Below, in pieces: positions 25,401-40,989 of a DNA stretch of 42,807 nt (positions are counted from its first letter, which is position 1; each line of letters begins with the position of its first letter). Below the pieces are notes generated by a model, which saw only the letters and a list, made by a program, of their open reading frames with translations, was not told where the DNA came from and did no database searches. This stretch comes from Octopus bimaculoides (lineage: Eukaryota): positions 292,338 to 335,144 of the forward strand of contig NC_068991.1 in assembly GCF_001194135.2 (NCBI RefSeq), given 5' to 3'. A program made the position numbers and the translations under genes.

Positions 25401-28400
25401 GATGATGATGATATACACACACACACACATCCAGTCTTCAGTGGTACTTACTGTTGGTTGTCATTGTCTCTGACTTCTACATAATCCAAGAACCAGGCTG
25501 CATTGCTGCCACTGTTGTCATGCCAGATTTTGATTTTCTTCAACTTTCCCAGATCGATTGCGTTTAATGTAAAGACGTCTTCCTGCCAACAATTCAACAA
25601 CACTTCCATTTGTGATAACATTTAGAAATTACTAGTAGGAGCCACATGTGATTCCTTACCCTGCTAGAAATAGCAACTAAATCTCCTCCAAATCACACAC
25701 TGCTGCCTTAGATAAGGAAAAGTAACATTGAATAATATAGTCCTAGATACACTATGTCTGAATAGCACAATGGTCTCCAGGTGTTCTTGCAGGATGTCAG
25801 AAAAGTTGTGCAGTAGCAGATTTTTCTCATTCAGGTGTTTTGGTGCTTTAAAACCATTAGTGACAGCCTGGAAGAATGTCTAGAGTCCACCTTGCTGGAA
25901 AATTTGGATGTAGAGACAGTATGGCGCACACTTCATGACTGTGTACAACAACACAGCCACAGAGTTCTTTGAGTCTTCTGTCAGGAAGCATAAAGACTGG
26001 TTTGATGAGAACTGCACCAAACAGTTGCTGGAAGAGAAAGTTCACTTCAAGAAGCCAAAGTCTTTAGCAAAAAAAGTTGCACTGAGGAATCTTCACAACA
26101 CCACCCAGCTGAAGTTGTGCCAGACACAGGAAGTATAGCTAAGCAATAGAGCAGCTGATTAGATGAAGGGACCACCGGCAGGAATTAAATGAAAACTTTC
26201 TATAACAGCCTGAAAGAAGTCTGTTAGAATCATGGGGAAAGGCTGTCTTCTACTGCTACTATTACTCAGAAAACAATCTTACTATTTAAAACTCTCTTTC
26301 TCTCTCTCTCTTGCACATAGATATACACATACAAACACACAAATTATATGAGTTTGTCTTTGTGTGTCTGTGTGTGGGGGTTCTCTTCTGATTCTAATTA
26401 TTTGAAGTCTTCCAGTAAGGAAGGAATTGGTTTCTAACAAAGATACAAAGCTCCACTGTTGGAATAACAAAAAAACAAATTTACATTTTGAACTTGAGAA
26501 AAACCTTGTATATTTTTAATGTTCTGCTTATAGATTAGATTTGCAATGTGTGTTTGCTGGTACCCCTAGCTTTTCCATGGTTATCCCTAACATTTACTCA
26601 CAAAACCAAGTGGACCGATTATCATTGGTTTAAAAGTTAATTTATGATCTGGGTTACATAGAACGTTTCAAAGCAGTTGTCGTACTTACGTTGTCTGAAA
26701 CAACTTACAGGTGTCATAGCTTGCCTTGGTATCAATATTGGTGTTGTTACCAATATTAGTCATGATCGTACAAGTAAGATTCCATCTGGTATAAGATATA
26801 TTTTGTAATCCAGTTTGAAAAATGCTCAGCTGGTAACTAAAAGGTACTTCTCTTATTTATAACAGAAGAAATAAACCGGCTGCTAACTTCGACTGGAAGA
26901 ATCAGCATCATTGCAGAAGAAAATCTTCAAAACAGTATTTTTAAATGATCTTCTACACCTGCACATCTGATGTTGTGCATGTATGCATGGCTATCTGCAC
27001 TTATTATGTATCAAATTTCATTTAAGGACAAACCTTTAAGCTCTGATATTCAAATTAGCTTCGCTTACCTGATTTCTCTCAAATTTATTCATCTTCTGAG
27101 ACTTTGAAAGGCTTCTCTCTGATGTGTCACCATGCTCTCCATAAATGGTGAGGAAGACATTCGCGTCAGTGCCAGCACCAAACACATCACCTGTCACCAC
27201 TTTCACAGTGTATTCCACTTCTGGACATACAATATAAATATACAGAAACACTGTGAATGAGACACACACATACACACATGTTATAGTAAAGCAGCAAGTG
27301 TTTGTGGAATACACAGCCACATACACACTATGGTTCAATCAGTAATTTGTTATGTGTGTGGGTGTTTGTGTGCATGAATAAGTATAAATAAACTTTATTT
27401 GTAGGTTAACAAGGCTACCAATGGTTTCATGTGAAGAGATATTCACAACTGTTGAGTGTGTACAGATGGATGATGGGAAATTTGCTCACACAGGGATTCA
27501 AAAAGGAGAAGAAGGAAAAAAAGAACACAAAGAGGGATGTAGCAAACAGAGAATATTGTGAAACAAACCATCAAAATAATCTGTCAGTGGTTTCCCATTC
27601 AGATCTGTTGGCACCAGTTCTTTGGTGAGAGAGTTAGCATCTTTATCAAACCATTGGTCTACAATAAACCAGTGCTGTTCAACATTACTGGCATTACCAT
27701 GTTGTGTGCCGGAAGCTGTTACAAACTTTGGTCGTTTCTTACTGCCAGTCCTCCGCTGCTCAATCTTATCCGTCCCAGATTTCCAATTGGTATCAACTCT
27801 ATGGCGTCTTATCAGAATCTATTAATGGTAAAAAGAAATGAAATAAGATTTTGAATTTCAAACAGTAAATATTAATTCATTTATTTGTTTTAATATGAAA
27901 TCGATGTGAGTGCAATCAGTTTAATTGATGTCTGCCAGTATGTAACGAGTATCTTATTAACAGCAAGGATCACTGAACAAACGAGAGCCCCTCCTCATGT
28001 CACTTGATTTGTTAGAAATAACAGTTAAATCTCCCTAAAATAATACTCTACTGTATTAAAAGACAAAAAAAAAAAAAACATTGCAAAACACAGTTTTAAT
28101 ATTATATTTCTAAACAAAAGGTGTAATGGTCATGGCTGGAAAGACTTTCGTTATAGAAATCCGGGACCCAGATCAGGAGAACACATTCTCATGTAATGCA
28201 TTCCTAGAGACACCTGAACAGAATATAGTCACGACTGAAACATCTTTGATCAGTTGGGTCAATGCCTACCTAGGGTTAAACAACAGAAAGTCAAGAAATT
28301 ATTTAGATATAAATACCTGGAAAATATAAAGATTTGCTGATCAAAATCGAAAGGATGTGGCATCTCAGGACGGTTACAATACCAGTGATTGTAGTATCAC

Positions 28401-31018
28401 TTGGAATGACCAAAAAAAGTCAATGAAAATTATTTGAGACTGATTCCTGGATTACCATCCACGCAGGAAGTGCAAAGGATTGTCTTAACTGGTCACACGT
28501 ATTGAGAAGAGAGCATTATCAATGTGACTTTTCTTTTCTTTTCCTTCTTTTTTTTCTCTCTGTCTTTCTTCCTCATTTTTTTTTCTAACACACAACTTTG
28601 TAAATGAACAAACTGGTGTTTCTTTTAATGGCATACCAATGTATATAGAGAGTTTCTCTGCCATAAGTGTCAGGAAGACACTTGGCAAGAAATGGAAACA
28701 GAATTGAAAGAAGATAATAATAATAATAATAATAATAATATGCTGTTGTATAACAAGAAGAAGAACAAGTATACAAAGTTCACTGACCTTATGTAAGAAC
28801 CAGCCAGCAAACAGACCCTTACCATCACAATGAACTAAAATCTTCTGTAAATTTCCAATATTGGGTATTTCTATCTAAAAAAAAAAAAAAAAAATGGAAG
28901 TTTCCTTCAGCATTCTAGTAAAAAACATTTTATATTTTTTTTGTGTATTGACATCAGAAGTGGGTCCAGGCAAAATTGTATGGGTAAAAGAAGCTTGCTT
29001 TGCAACCACAAGGTACCAGGTTCAAGCTTGCCGTATGTTGCCTTGGGTGTCTTGTGTTGATTAACTTCTTGTGCATGGAATTAGGTTGATGGGAAATAGT
29101 ATGGGAAACTCTTGGAAGGCCATTCCTGTTTTTGGGGGTATTAGGCTTAATCTGATGCTTGGTTTAACACCTAGTCCTGGGTATGTTCAGCAGAGTCTAC
29201 TCTGTTTTCATCTGGTCCCTGGGTACCTTCAGTGGTGTCCACTCTATTGTAATGATACATTTATGATTAGGGTATCACAGAACACACAGTTAAGGTCCCA
29301 CAGGTTATACATTTATAATTAGGGTATCACAAAAGTAACAAATTTGTAACCGCAAGGCGGCTCAGATTGACAACTGAGGTAATTTAAAATCAGATGACCG
29401 ATTCTGTCACAAATTCAGTTTGATATGATTTTATGATAAGAAGTTTCATAACATATGTCATATATGACTTGGTGGTGCCCTATATTAATCTTGGAATGTC
29501 ATTTATATACAAAGATAAATGAGGTACCTGATGGTTGGGCTCATCCAACACTTTGTTTTCAAGTTTTGAATTTCCCTGGAAATTATTTCATGTTGTTACT
29601 CTAAGATAATGACACATCTAATTGTTATATACTGCTCATATTGCTAACAGAGACGAACAAACTACACCTCTCCATGGTACCCATTTTATATCATAGTCTA
29701 TGAGCCAGTATGTCTGTTAGGCACAAATCCCAGGCTGTTGACCTTTCAATAGGTAAGCCCTAATTGTCCCAATGAGGTATGACTTGGGGCAAAATAGAAT
29801 TTTGTCTTTTAAAGAATTGGTAGGGAACAGGCAGCAATAGCAGCTGCCTCCCTTGGTAGTGGTACTCCTTCTTACCTTAAATGTATCCACAGAGCCTTGC
29901 TCAAAGTTGTCACTTCTGTTATTTAGAGTATATTCTTCTGATTTACCTTTGTTTCCATACAATTTGATGTAAATATTGGCATTGGTTCCAGCATTTGGAA
30001 CATTTCCTGTCCAGAATGTCACTTGACATGGCTCAGCTGTAAAGTGGACAGATGTGAAACTGGTTGAATTTAAGGATAGTGACACTTATATAGCTGTCTG
30101 TCAATCTATCTATCTACATGTTTTTCTGTCTGTCTGTCTGTCTGTCTACATATTTCTTAATTCTTAATCTGTCAATCTATCTATCTACATATCTATATAT
30201 AGCAGATAGTCTACCAAACTTTGATAGTATGTCTAGTTTGAAATGATCAACTAGCTGAGATGCTCTAATAACTATCTTAGTTGAACTAATTAGCTAAGAT
30301 GATAAAACTAATCAAGAGGGTCTAATCTCAATTGTACCTTCCATCATAACAATACTTATCTAAAAAAAAAAAACACTGCCACCACCACCACCACCACCAC
30401 TACCACCACCACCACCACCACTACCACCACCACCACTGCAGAATTCTGATAAGTGAGGAGGGGCTGAGAACCAAGCCTTGGTAAACTCCAACCTGCACTC
30501 TAAATTCATTGCTATACCCTTACCTAATTCTCACCTTACTGGCAGTACCCCTGTAGATAGCTTTGTTCACTCTCACCAGCCATTTGTTTACCTACAGCTT
30601 CCATAGTAACCACCAGATGGAGGAATGAGAAACCCTGTCAAAGGCTCGAATATATGTATGTGTGTGTATGTGCACGCATGCATGCGTGTGTATGTCTATG
30701 TGTGTATTTACATATATATGTCTATACAAAGGTACATGTGTATGCGTTTATCTATATCTATAAAACAGAGGTTGTCTGTGTGTCTGTCTGTCCAGCTTCA
30801 GTTGATGTAGAACCCAGAGGGAACCTTTTGCTCAAAGAATCTGTTTATAAAGCTTGTTTCACACAGCTTCTTTCAGCCAAATTTTACTGGTGGCGGTGAA
30901 TGTACAAGACCACCAAGGAATTGTCCTGCACTTCAGAAATATATAAAAAATATTATTATATATTGTTAGCCATCACTTCATCCTTCACAGGACTCTGCTC
31001 TCCAACTTCAACCACTCA

Positions 31019-31057
<39 letters not shown>

Positions 31058-32668
31058 CGTGCGTGTGTGTGTGCGTGTGCGTGCGTGTGTGCATGTGTAA
31101 AGTGGTTGGTATTTAGAAGGGCATCCAGTGATAAAAACCACGACACAACAGACATTGGAGAAATCCTGACAAACTCTCCACTTTGTGCCAGCATCGAATC
31201 TGGGCATTACATGATGATGATGTTATACTATTGCATATCATACTGTATTATACAACACCATACAACACTATTTATTATTACTATGTATGCAATATTATTT
31301 TATGCCGTTCAATTTATTTATGTTGCACTATATACCACACTATAGACTATAGTATCCTATACACTAGTCACTATACTATTCTTATACTATACAACATTAT
31401 GTATTATACTACACTATGTTATACAAGACTATCCAATATCTTGCAATATTTCAAAAGTAATTCACTGAGAACTTTGTGATGTTAAAACCAAACAGCATCT
31501 CAGCCGAGAACACTATTATTACTGTGTGGTTTGAGAGACAATCTGTTAATTATTACTGTGTGGTTTGAGAGACAATCTGTTAATTATTATTACGATGATT
31601 ATTATTATTATTATTACTATTTACTGCTAACAGTATAATGCTGATATCAACCTATCAAATCAGTTGTTTTCCTTTTAAAGAATTTATGTCTTCAAAGCCT
31701 CGTTATAGTCTGAACCTAATTAGATTAATTACATAAAGAATATTTATTGTTAGTTTATGGCCAGCAGTGTTGTCTGAAGGTTGACCCTTTCACCAAAGTG
31801 TTGCCTTTTTTTCAAAAGAAAGTCCATTGAGGTAGGTTGTTAACAATTATTAGTTTTACCTTTATCTCTGTTCTCCAACACTGACGGCTCCAGAACCACT
31901 TCAGTCTGACCATCTTCTTCATCTACAGCCAACCAGCGGAAGCAATCAAACATATAATGTTTCCCTTCTGATGGAACTTTAATAAAAACACTGTCTAAGA
32001 ACCAACCAGCACTTAATTGACTGTTGTCGTGGCTGATTTTGATCTTTTTTATCTGTTAAAAGAAACAGATTTACACATACATGCAAACACACACACACAC
32101 ACACACATATATATGTGCATTTATGCATACATATACATGCATGAAAACATAAATATATATCTCACCCTTTCTATGAATATAATACATACACAGACACACA
32201 CACAAACACATGTGTGTGTGTGTATATATATATATACACAAATGTACATACATATGAAAAATTAAGCACAAATTATATTTCAGTACAGCAGGAATATGAA
32301 ACTATATAGAAAAAAGCTACAAAAAAAAAAAAATAATAATGCACTGATGAATATTGAACCACACGCCTCATGGTTAGAAGACAAAGATACATGGTTCAAT
32401 TTCAGCTCTGATTTGGATGAGCTATTAGCCATGAGCTGGTTGATTGTATTTTTTTTTGTAATCAATTATAAATCATTATTTAGAATGACTAATGACTAAT
32501 TAGTAACTGGGTCATTAAGAAAGTCATTAACGACTTACATTAAGTGTCGTTGTACAATCCCATGCTTCTGGATTTGATCTCACTACTTCTGGGGCCACAG
32601 CCTTTGTTTAACTAATCACTTAACAGTGAAATTTTCTAAAAACAAACTGTGAACAAGTCTGTCATATA

Positions 32669-32756
<88 letters not shown>

Positions 32757-35700
32757 TGATGCAAATAGACAAATAAAACTGTTTGGGCTCTATATAGAAT
32801 TTACATACATGCAAACATGTAAATAGAGAGAAAGTAAAGACTGAACGTGTTCTGTTGATGAAGAAACATGTATAAATCTAGAGAGATGTTTATATATTAA
32901 CAGAAGAGATACAGAAAACTAAGGGGAGAAGGTTTGGTGTTACAGTCCTGACAGCTGTTTCTGGGGGTTCAGAATTACTTCATAATGTCAGCAGATGTGG
33001 TTCACAAAAAGTCAAAGATATGCAACCATTGGTGGATGCAGATCAACATTAGATTCTTCACGGTGGAGAGATACCTGTCTTTCCACCCTGAATATGGAGG
33101 CCAGATTTACCTGATGTTCCACTACTGGAACGTCAGGTAAATCTTTATGTGTGTGTGTATGTATCATCATTCAATGTCCGTGTTCCATACTGGCACAGAC
33201 TGGATAGTTTGAAAGGATCTGATGGGTCCAAGGACTACTTTGGCATGGTTTCTATGTTTCTATGTGTGGATGCCCTTCCTAACACCAGCCACTTTACAGT
33301 GTGTACTGGGTGGCTTTTCATGTGGCACCAGCACTAGTGAGGTTGTCATGCAGGTTGGAAGCCTATAAAACCCAAAAGGTGGGACTTTGTGCTAGCAGAT
33401 GAGAGTTAAGGACTGAGAGAAATGGAATGAGGCAGAGCTGGTTCTTGTAGGGAAGTCCCATGGCTTTTTCCCATTTAGAAGAGAGAAATGAGTCAGTGAT
33501 GATGATGGATGATGTGTGACCAGGTGGCACCTCAAATAACAAGGGGAGGAGGAGGAGAAGTGAGAGGGGACAGGGGGAGATAGGGGAAATGGAGTGAGGG
33601 GGGAAGTAATGTCTGTAATGATTGGGAGGGGTCAAAGGATGGATGCAGGCGTTGAGATTGTGAATGGTTATTGAATTGGAGAGAATTGATGGAAGAAGAG
33701 AACAGTAAGAGGAGACTAATGACAGCACATCTGACATGAGAAGGGCAAGAGACAGACGACTTTCTTTTTAAACCAGAATCAGCAGAAATAAATTTGGTTT
33801 TCATTGTTATTTATACCCAGGTCAGTTTCAAGCAAATATAAGTACACCAGCCACAAAATCACAACTTTTATTTTCAAGGCATGTTACCAAATTATTAAAT
33901 GTTTTTCATAATGGTTTGGTGTAATTTGAAGGGCATTTGGGTACTGTTTCTAGCAGGCTAAATAAGCACATGTGAACAATATTTTGAAAATGTAGAAAGT
34001 CAGAAATTCTTTGCCAAAATGATTAAAGAATTGCTTACTTGACCAATATTAGGAAATTCTGTCTTGAAAATATCAATTCTGTCTCGTTCAAATAGGTTCC
34101 TTACGTTTTCAGAAGAAACCAATGGAATTTTGTCTGTGTTATTCTTTGAACCAAACATTTGAAGGAAAACATTAGCATCAGTTCCTGCTCCTCTCACATT
34201 TCCTGTTTTCACATGGATTTCGTAATTGGTGGCTGGCAGAGGGAAAACAACAATTATTTAGTGTGTGTGTGTGTTCATGCACGGGCACACACCCCACAAC
34301 TGCATATCCCTGGTCAGTTTGGTCAGTTATCTTTCCATCCTTCAAGTCCAGTAAACTAAAATATTTCCTCACCAATTATTTCCATGTCTTCCCTGGGCTG
34401 CCCTTATCACAGAAACCCCTCCACAATGAGGTGCCATCAACACTTTCTATGTGAAGACACTTAACTCTCAACTTCTCAATGAGTAAATAGGTACCAGAGG
34501 GAGGTACATTTTCATCACTAAGCAATATTAGCACTGTGGAATTAGTGAGTGTGTCTTACCATGTTTACTTGATATGTTAAAAATAGCAGCTAAATCTCTC
34601 TCCAATCACAGTGAAAAGAAGCATTGGACAATGTAGTCCGAGATACACAATGTTTGAATAAAAGATGAGATGGCTACGACTGGAATGTCTTTTATCATAG
34701 GTCTTCTGGATCAGGTCTGACTTGGGGTTAAATAACACCACTCTGACCTACACTGAACCTCACCCATGCTTCTCTATCTTACACTCCTAACTTCCTCTCT
34801 TTCTCTCTTTCTCATAAAACAACACACACACACACACACACACACACTCAGATTTAACTAAACATCACTCCAAGACCACCACTTCCATCCAACCTTCCTC
34901 TCTGTTTCAAATATTCAGCTATGAAACATATTGGAGTCCATTATCTGAAGCAAACCAAGCTTGTCTTTTCTAAATGATGAATCTTGTAGTTGCCAGATTA
35001 TTTTCATCAGCCCAGACTTGATGGCGTCTTTTGGTAAATCCAAGAATCTCTGTTGCAGTTTTCACCAATGATTTTTCTTGGTTGATTCAATGGATTCTTG
35101 TGAGGGCGGGGATGGGTGTTCTGTAGAGGTGTGGTCCTTGAATTCAGCATGAGGACTAAGTTAAGCATTGACCTTCTTTCATTGATTAGGAGTTCTAATC
35201 CAAGGATTGTCCACTTTCATGTTGAGTTTTCAGATGATCAGTCATTCATTTGTCCGACGGTCAGTGGTTCTTCTCCTAGCTCTAGTCATACAAACGTCTC
35301 ATCTATCTGTGGCTCTGGTGACAAAAGTCAATGAGATGCCAATGTTTTGAGGGCTGACCAGCAGTTTTCATGCTGCTGGTGTAGCTCTCAGTATCATTGA
35401 AGAACACACAAGGCACCATACTGCCACAAGGGCTAGACTGTATGATGGACATTTAGGATGAAATCATCAGATGTCGTCATCTGACCAAGTTGGTGTTAGA
35501 GAAAAGTTAATGTTAACTTTTTCTAAGCTGCTCTTTGAAGTGAGTGGTGCTGGACCAAAATGGTCCAGTGTTGCTAGGCTCCACTTGGTCATGATGGTAG
35601 CACCTAAGTTCCAATATTGTCTGAATTCATTGAAATGACAGCCATCTCTCCTTTCCTGCCATCAATGTAGGAACAATCGTCAAGCATTCGTTACATCTTT

Positions 35701-37180
35701 CCTCTATTGGACTCCTCTTCTTCCTCCTCTCACCCCTGGATCTAGGTTTGAGAAACTGAAGTTGGTGGATGCCATCTGTGGGATTGGGGGAATTGGCTGT
35801 GGCCTCCAAACACTAGAACTTAATTGATTCTGACTCAGTTCCATGGCACAGAGATATCATCAACAACTGTGGGTTACTGAGCACTCAGCTTTTCAAATGT
35901 CATCTTGTTACCAGTCCACTTGGGTTGGCCATATTTGAAGGCCCTTCCACTATCTGCCACCCAAGGACATACCCTTTCCCCAGTCATCTTTGATTTCCAT
36001 AGACACACCCATAGGAGGGTGAAACAAAATAGATTTCTATATTTTGAAAATATGAAATTATATTTCCATAGCACACACACACACACATATCCGCACTCAG
36101 TCACATACATACATTGACCCAGCAAAACCTGAAATTAATGGTATTGACAGAGTTGTTTCCCTTCAACAATCTCTGCTGAGAACTGATTTCTAACTCGACA
36201 GGAAATTGCAGCCAAATTTCCTTTAAAACATATCCAAGGATGGATATATTGAGTAATGGAATCAAGCATAATACTAGAAATAAAAACAGAGGCAAAGATG
36301 AACACAACTGGAATTGTTCTAAGGTCATAAGTTGAATCAAGGCTAAACAACAACAACAACAGGTTTATTATTGTAAAAGAAGTGAGGAGTTCCTCAATCA
36401 ACGACTCTGGGTCCATCTCAGTTAAAGTTATTGCATTTCACATTTACAACTTGGTCAATACATCAATGTCCAGTCACGCCTTGAGGACACGCAAACTTGC
36501 AGTGGAATATTTTTGCTAGGTGCAGATATCTTCAGAGCACATCCCCAAAAAAGAGATGACTGTTTGATAAAATGCTAATGCACAGTCCCTGTGTTGTCTC
36601 CTCACTCTGCTTCAGCTACTGCTACTATGAAGGCTTCTGTTCATCACAACTAAACAGTTGTAGACCAGCTCCTCCCATCACAGCATCCAATTATTAAACA
36701 GTCATAATTGGAATGAATAAATAAAATAGAATATTAAGTATTTATGGAATTTTGCTTTACTGTTGAGTGACTTTTGGCCAACCTTATGTGTGTGTGTGTG
36801 GAGGTGCAATGGCCCAGTGGTTTGGGCAGCAGACTTGCGGTCATAGGATCGTGGTTTCGATTCCCAGACCGGGCATTGTGAGTATTTATAGAGCGAAAAC
36901 ACCTAAAGCTCCACAAGGCTCCGGCAGGGAGTAGTGGGGTGGGAGCTGGCAAACCCTGCTGTACTCTTTCACCACAACTTTCTCTCACTCTTTCTTCCTG
37001 TTTCTGTTGTACCTGTATTTCAAAGGGGCCAGCCTTGTCACACTGAACCTCCCCCGAGAACTACGTTAAGGGTACACGTGTGTGTGGAGTGCTCAGCCAC
37101 TTGCACATTAATTTCTCGAGCGGGCTGCTCCATTGATCGGATCAACTGGAACCCTCGTCATCGTAACTGACAGAGTGCCA

Positions 37181-37237
<57 letters not shown>

Positions 37238-37595
37238 CACACATTTATACATATGTGTGTTTGTATATACACATATATATATATATGTATATATACATAC
37301 ACATATATATTCATAAACACACACATATACATGATGAGCTTCTTTCAGTTTCCATCTTCCAAATCCTCTCACTAGCCTATGGTTGGCCCAGGTCTAGAGC
37401 AGAAGACATTTGCCCAAGGTGCCGTGCAATGGAACTGAACCCAAGGCCACATGTCTGGGAAGCAAGCTTCTTAACCACACACCTCTCTTCCCTTTTACTC
37501 TCTAAGATCTTTAGAATTCTGTCTTGCCTTCAAGAGAGGAAGATATCTGCTTTGTAGGGCAGGATTTCTGGATGAGAAGTTTTAACACTCTTATT

Positions 37596-37627
<32 letters not shown>

Positions 37628-40312
37628 TAGAGAGAGAGAGAGAGAATTCAGTATGTTTTATGGGGCTGTGGTGACATCAAAGTTACCTTAATTTTAAACA
37701 TGTTTCATCAATGTTTATCACAAAAGACAAACAAATACAAGAGAAACTATCAGGAAGTTGTTGGAATTCAGCAGGAACAGGATGCCCTCTTTCCATGCCC
37801 TTCCCCTCTTGCCCAGTCTTGACACAGAAATAATTATTTTAACAGAAATATAATCAGACACATTGCAATGTTAGGATGTCTGAGTTTCTCAGCTTCTCTG
37901 CACCTAGCACACACACACACACACACACAACACATATGTATGCACATACACACATACACACGTACTCATTCCAGTTGAAATTTACAATCATCGTGGCATT
38001 CTGCTCCATCTCAAATTGCAAATGTTTTGCAACTATATTGCCAAGAATAATCAGTTCCACAAGAGGAATGGAGATTGTATGATCTGTGATGATCACTGGG
38101 ATATCTCTTTGATTGTAATTGTTGAGAAAATTATTGCCAAGCCATTCCTGAAGAGACTTCTAGACATATTTCTCAACCCAGAAGGTTAGTGTAGCTTTTA
38201 TGTCAAAAGCAGAACAACTGACTGGTTTTGAAACTCAACTTTGACCAGAGAACAAGCCCGTGATATCTTTGTGGTTTTCATTGATTTTACTAAGGCATTC
38301 AACAATGTCAGGAAGACCCGTAAAAAGTTCTGAAAACTGTTGTCCTCTTCGTTTTGTCAACATTGTCACATCCTTTATGATGGAATGATGATTGAACCTT
38401 TGACAGTGACAGATGGTGTCAAGCAAGGTTATGTCCTTGTTCCAATGTCATTATTCATCTACTTCTCGTCTCATCTACACTTGATACAACTTAAAAAAAA
38501 AAAAACACCAGTTGGTTATAAGTTGTAATTTTGGACTGGTGGCAATATTTTAAACCTTTGCTAACTGTACTGAAACAAAAATAGAAATGGTTGTGTGAGC
38601 TGCTCTTTGTAGATGTCAGGTGTGTAAAAGTGAAAGGAAGAGTTTGCCAATGTCTTACAATGTGAGGAGGATAAGGGATGAGAGATGCTCTGGATTGCTA
38701 GATATCAGAGAGAGAATGAAGATGTGGGAGAGAAGTTTGTATGGATGGATTAATGGTAAGCTTGCACTTAGCGATTCTGAAAGGAAACAGGCATAGTAGT
38801 GCTGCTGTTAAATTCAATGAACCACAGACTGTTTCTCAGCTGCTTCAAAAATAATTTTGGTCTCACAATCAGCATGAAAAAATCTGGCACCATGCACTCA
38901 CCCAAAACTAGATTCTTGCTGAGTAATTCAGAAATGTGGTAGAAAAGTGGTAGAGGATTTTATCTTCTTGGGCAGTTGTAGGCTGACTTAATAGATCAGT
39001 AATAGACAAACGAGCTTAATATAAATCAGTGGTTGAGCCACATTCATAAGACACAGAATTATCATATCTCTTGGATTAACATTAAATAAAACACATGTTT
39101 TAATAATACAAAACTTACTGTTTAGAAGTTTACTGTCTCCTCTGGGAAGTTCTCTCACAATAGTACCATCATCTTTATCAAGGGCCAGCCAGCTATAGAA
39201 AATATACAAGCAAATCAGAAGAAAGCTCCCTTTACCCATAAAATTAAATTTTTATAAAATCCTAATTTGTTAGATTGTATTTGTATCATGTCTATGAACC
39301 TATATGAATGTTTTACTGTTTAAAAGGAATAATTATTATTTATTGGTATAAATATATTTTGGACCAGTTCTATATTCTGTTCAAAACTAATTCATATACT
39401 GTGTGTGGTCGATTATATAATTTCTCTCAAACATTTATTGTCAAGTCTCTAATATCTGCTGATTTATTTCTGATATTATTACATGATATTTATTTCTGAT
39501 ATTATTATATGATATTTATTTCTGATATTATTACATGTGTAAACAGTTTGTCTAAAGAAGTATATCATTACAATTTTCACTTGAAATCTACATCAAGTGA
39601 TGTCTTATTTTTGATATTAAATGTATAAACACTTTCTTTAAGAAAGTAAGAAAGTATATAAAGTAATGGTTGTACCAAAATTAAATGTGACTCAGCTGTA
39701 CTCAAATACAGTAACCCCTTGACTATCGCGGGTGTTACATTCCAAAAACCCCTGTGATAGGTGAAAATCCGCAAAGTAGAAACAGTACTGTTTTTTTTTT
39801 CATTATGTTTCAAACAAAATACAATTTCAAGAAGAATTATGGAGTTCAAGGGTTTCTATAAATGACCAAACATCTACACTTTATGAAATAATTCAGAAGT
39901 TTCCACAGGCATTGTGAGACAAAAGTTAAACTAAATACAAACCATGAACACAAAAAGACAATATTAATTGGACATACCTATTACAGTGGAACAAATAAAG
40001 TTGACTGGGATCATTCTTCACTCTAATTTCAACTTTCTCCAAGAACCATCCACTTCCAGGATTACTGGCATCATGTCCAATATGTATTTTCGTTAATTCC
40101 TTCAAGTCAACAGCTTCAATTAAGAATTCATCCACCTGAAATTACCTTCATAAATTATTGTTTCAGAAACAAATTTTCTTTATTTAAAATATTTATTGTG
40201 CGTGCGTGCGTTGACAACCGGAAACAAGAGTATTGAATATGATAGTAGAGATTGCTAATATTTTTATTTTGGTCAAGCCAGTGTGTTGCCAGCCTGGAAA
40301 CTGACTTGATTT

Positions 40313-40355
<43 letters not shown>

Positions 40356-40479
40356 GTATATTCTACTGTACTGTTCCATGATGGTAAGATCAACAGAAAA
40401 AGTATTCCATCTGGTGAGAGATAAATATTATATATCATCATCACCATCATATAACATCCATTGTTGGCATGGGTCCGAC

Positions 40480-40528
<49 letters not shown>

Positions 40529-40899
40529 GCCATTTAAAAAGCACCCACACTGGTGCTGTTTTAATGCGCCCATGCGATAGATGTGTCCATGCAGGTAGCA
40601 CATAAAAATCACTCAGCACATTCTGTTAAGTAGTTGGCACTAGGTAGGGCGTCCAACCGGAACCTGGACAGCTCTCCAGCCTGGCCAGCTCCTTGTCAAA
40701 CCGTCCAACCCATGCCAGCATGGAAAGTGAATGTTAAACTACGAGGAGAATGATGATGATGATATATATACACAAACACACTTGTAAAAAGCATCCAGTC
40801 ATAGACACCCTGGCAAAGTAGACAATTGGAGCTTAGCCCTGCTCTCTGGCTTCCCACTTCCTGTCAGACCATCCAACTCATGCCAGCATAGAAAAGGAA

Positions 40900-40989
<90 letters not shown>

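Noticed and set aside
28485-28688. Minus [14 protein letters not shown].. as an extra PLAT exon
   Set aside because: No suitable splice sites, and exons 8 and 9 already join in phase.
31220-31440. Tyr/Thr/Ile-rich ORFs and many HTHT/YIYI/ERER ORFs
   Set aside because: Translations of degenerate (TATAC)-like, (CA)n, (TA)n and (GA)n microsatellites.
36800-36875. tRNA gene
   Set aside because: A and B boxes are present, but there is no clean acceptor stem and it continues into a SINE body with an (AT)n tail.
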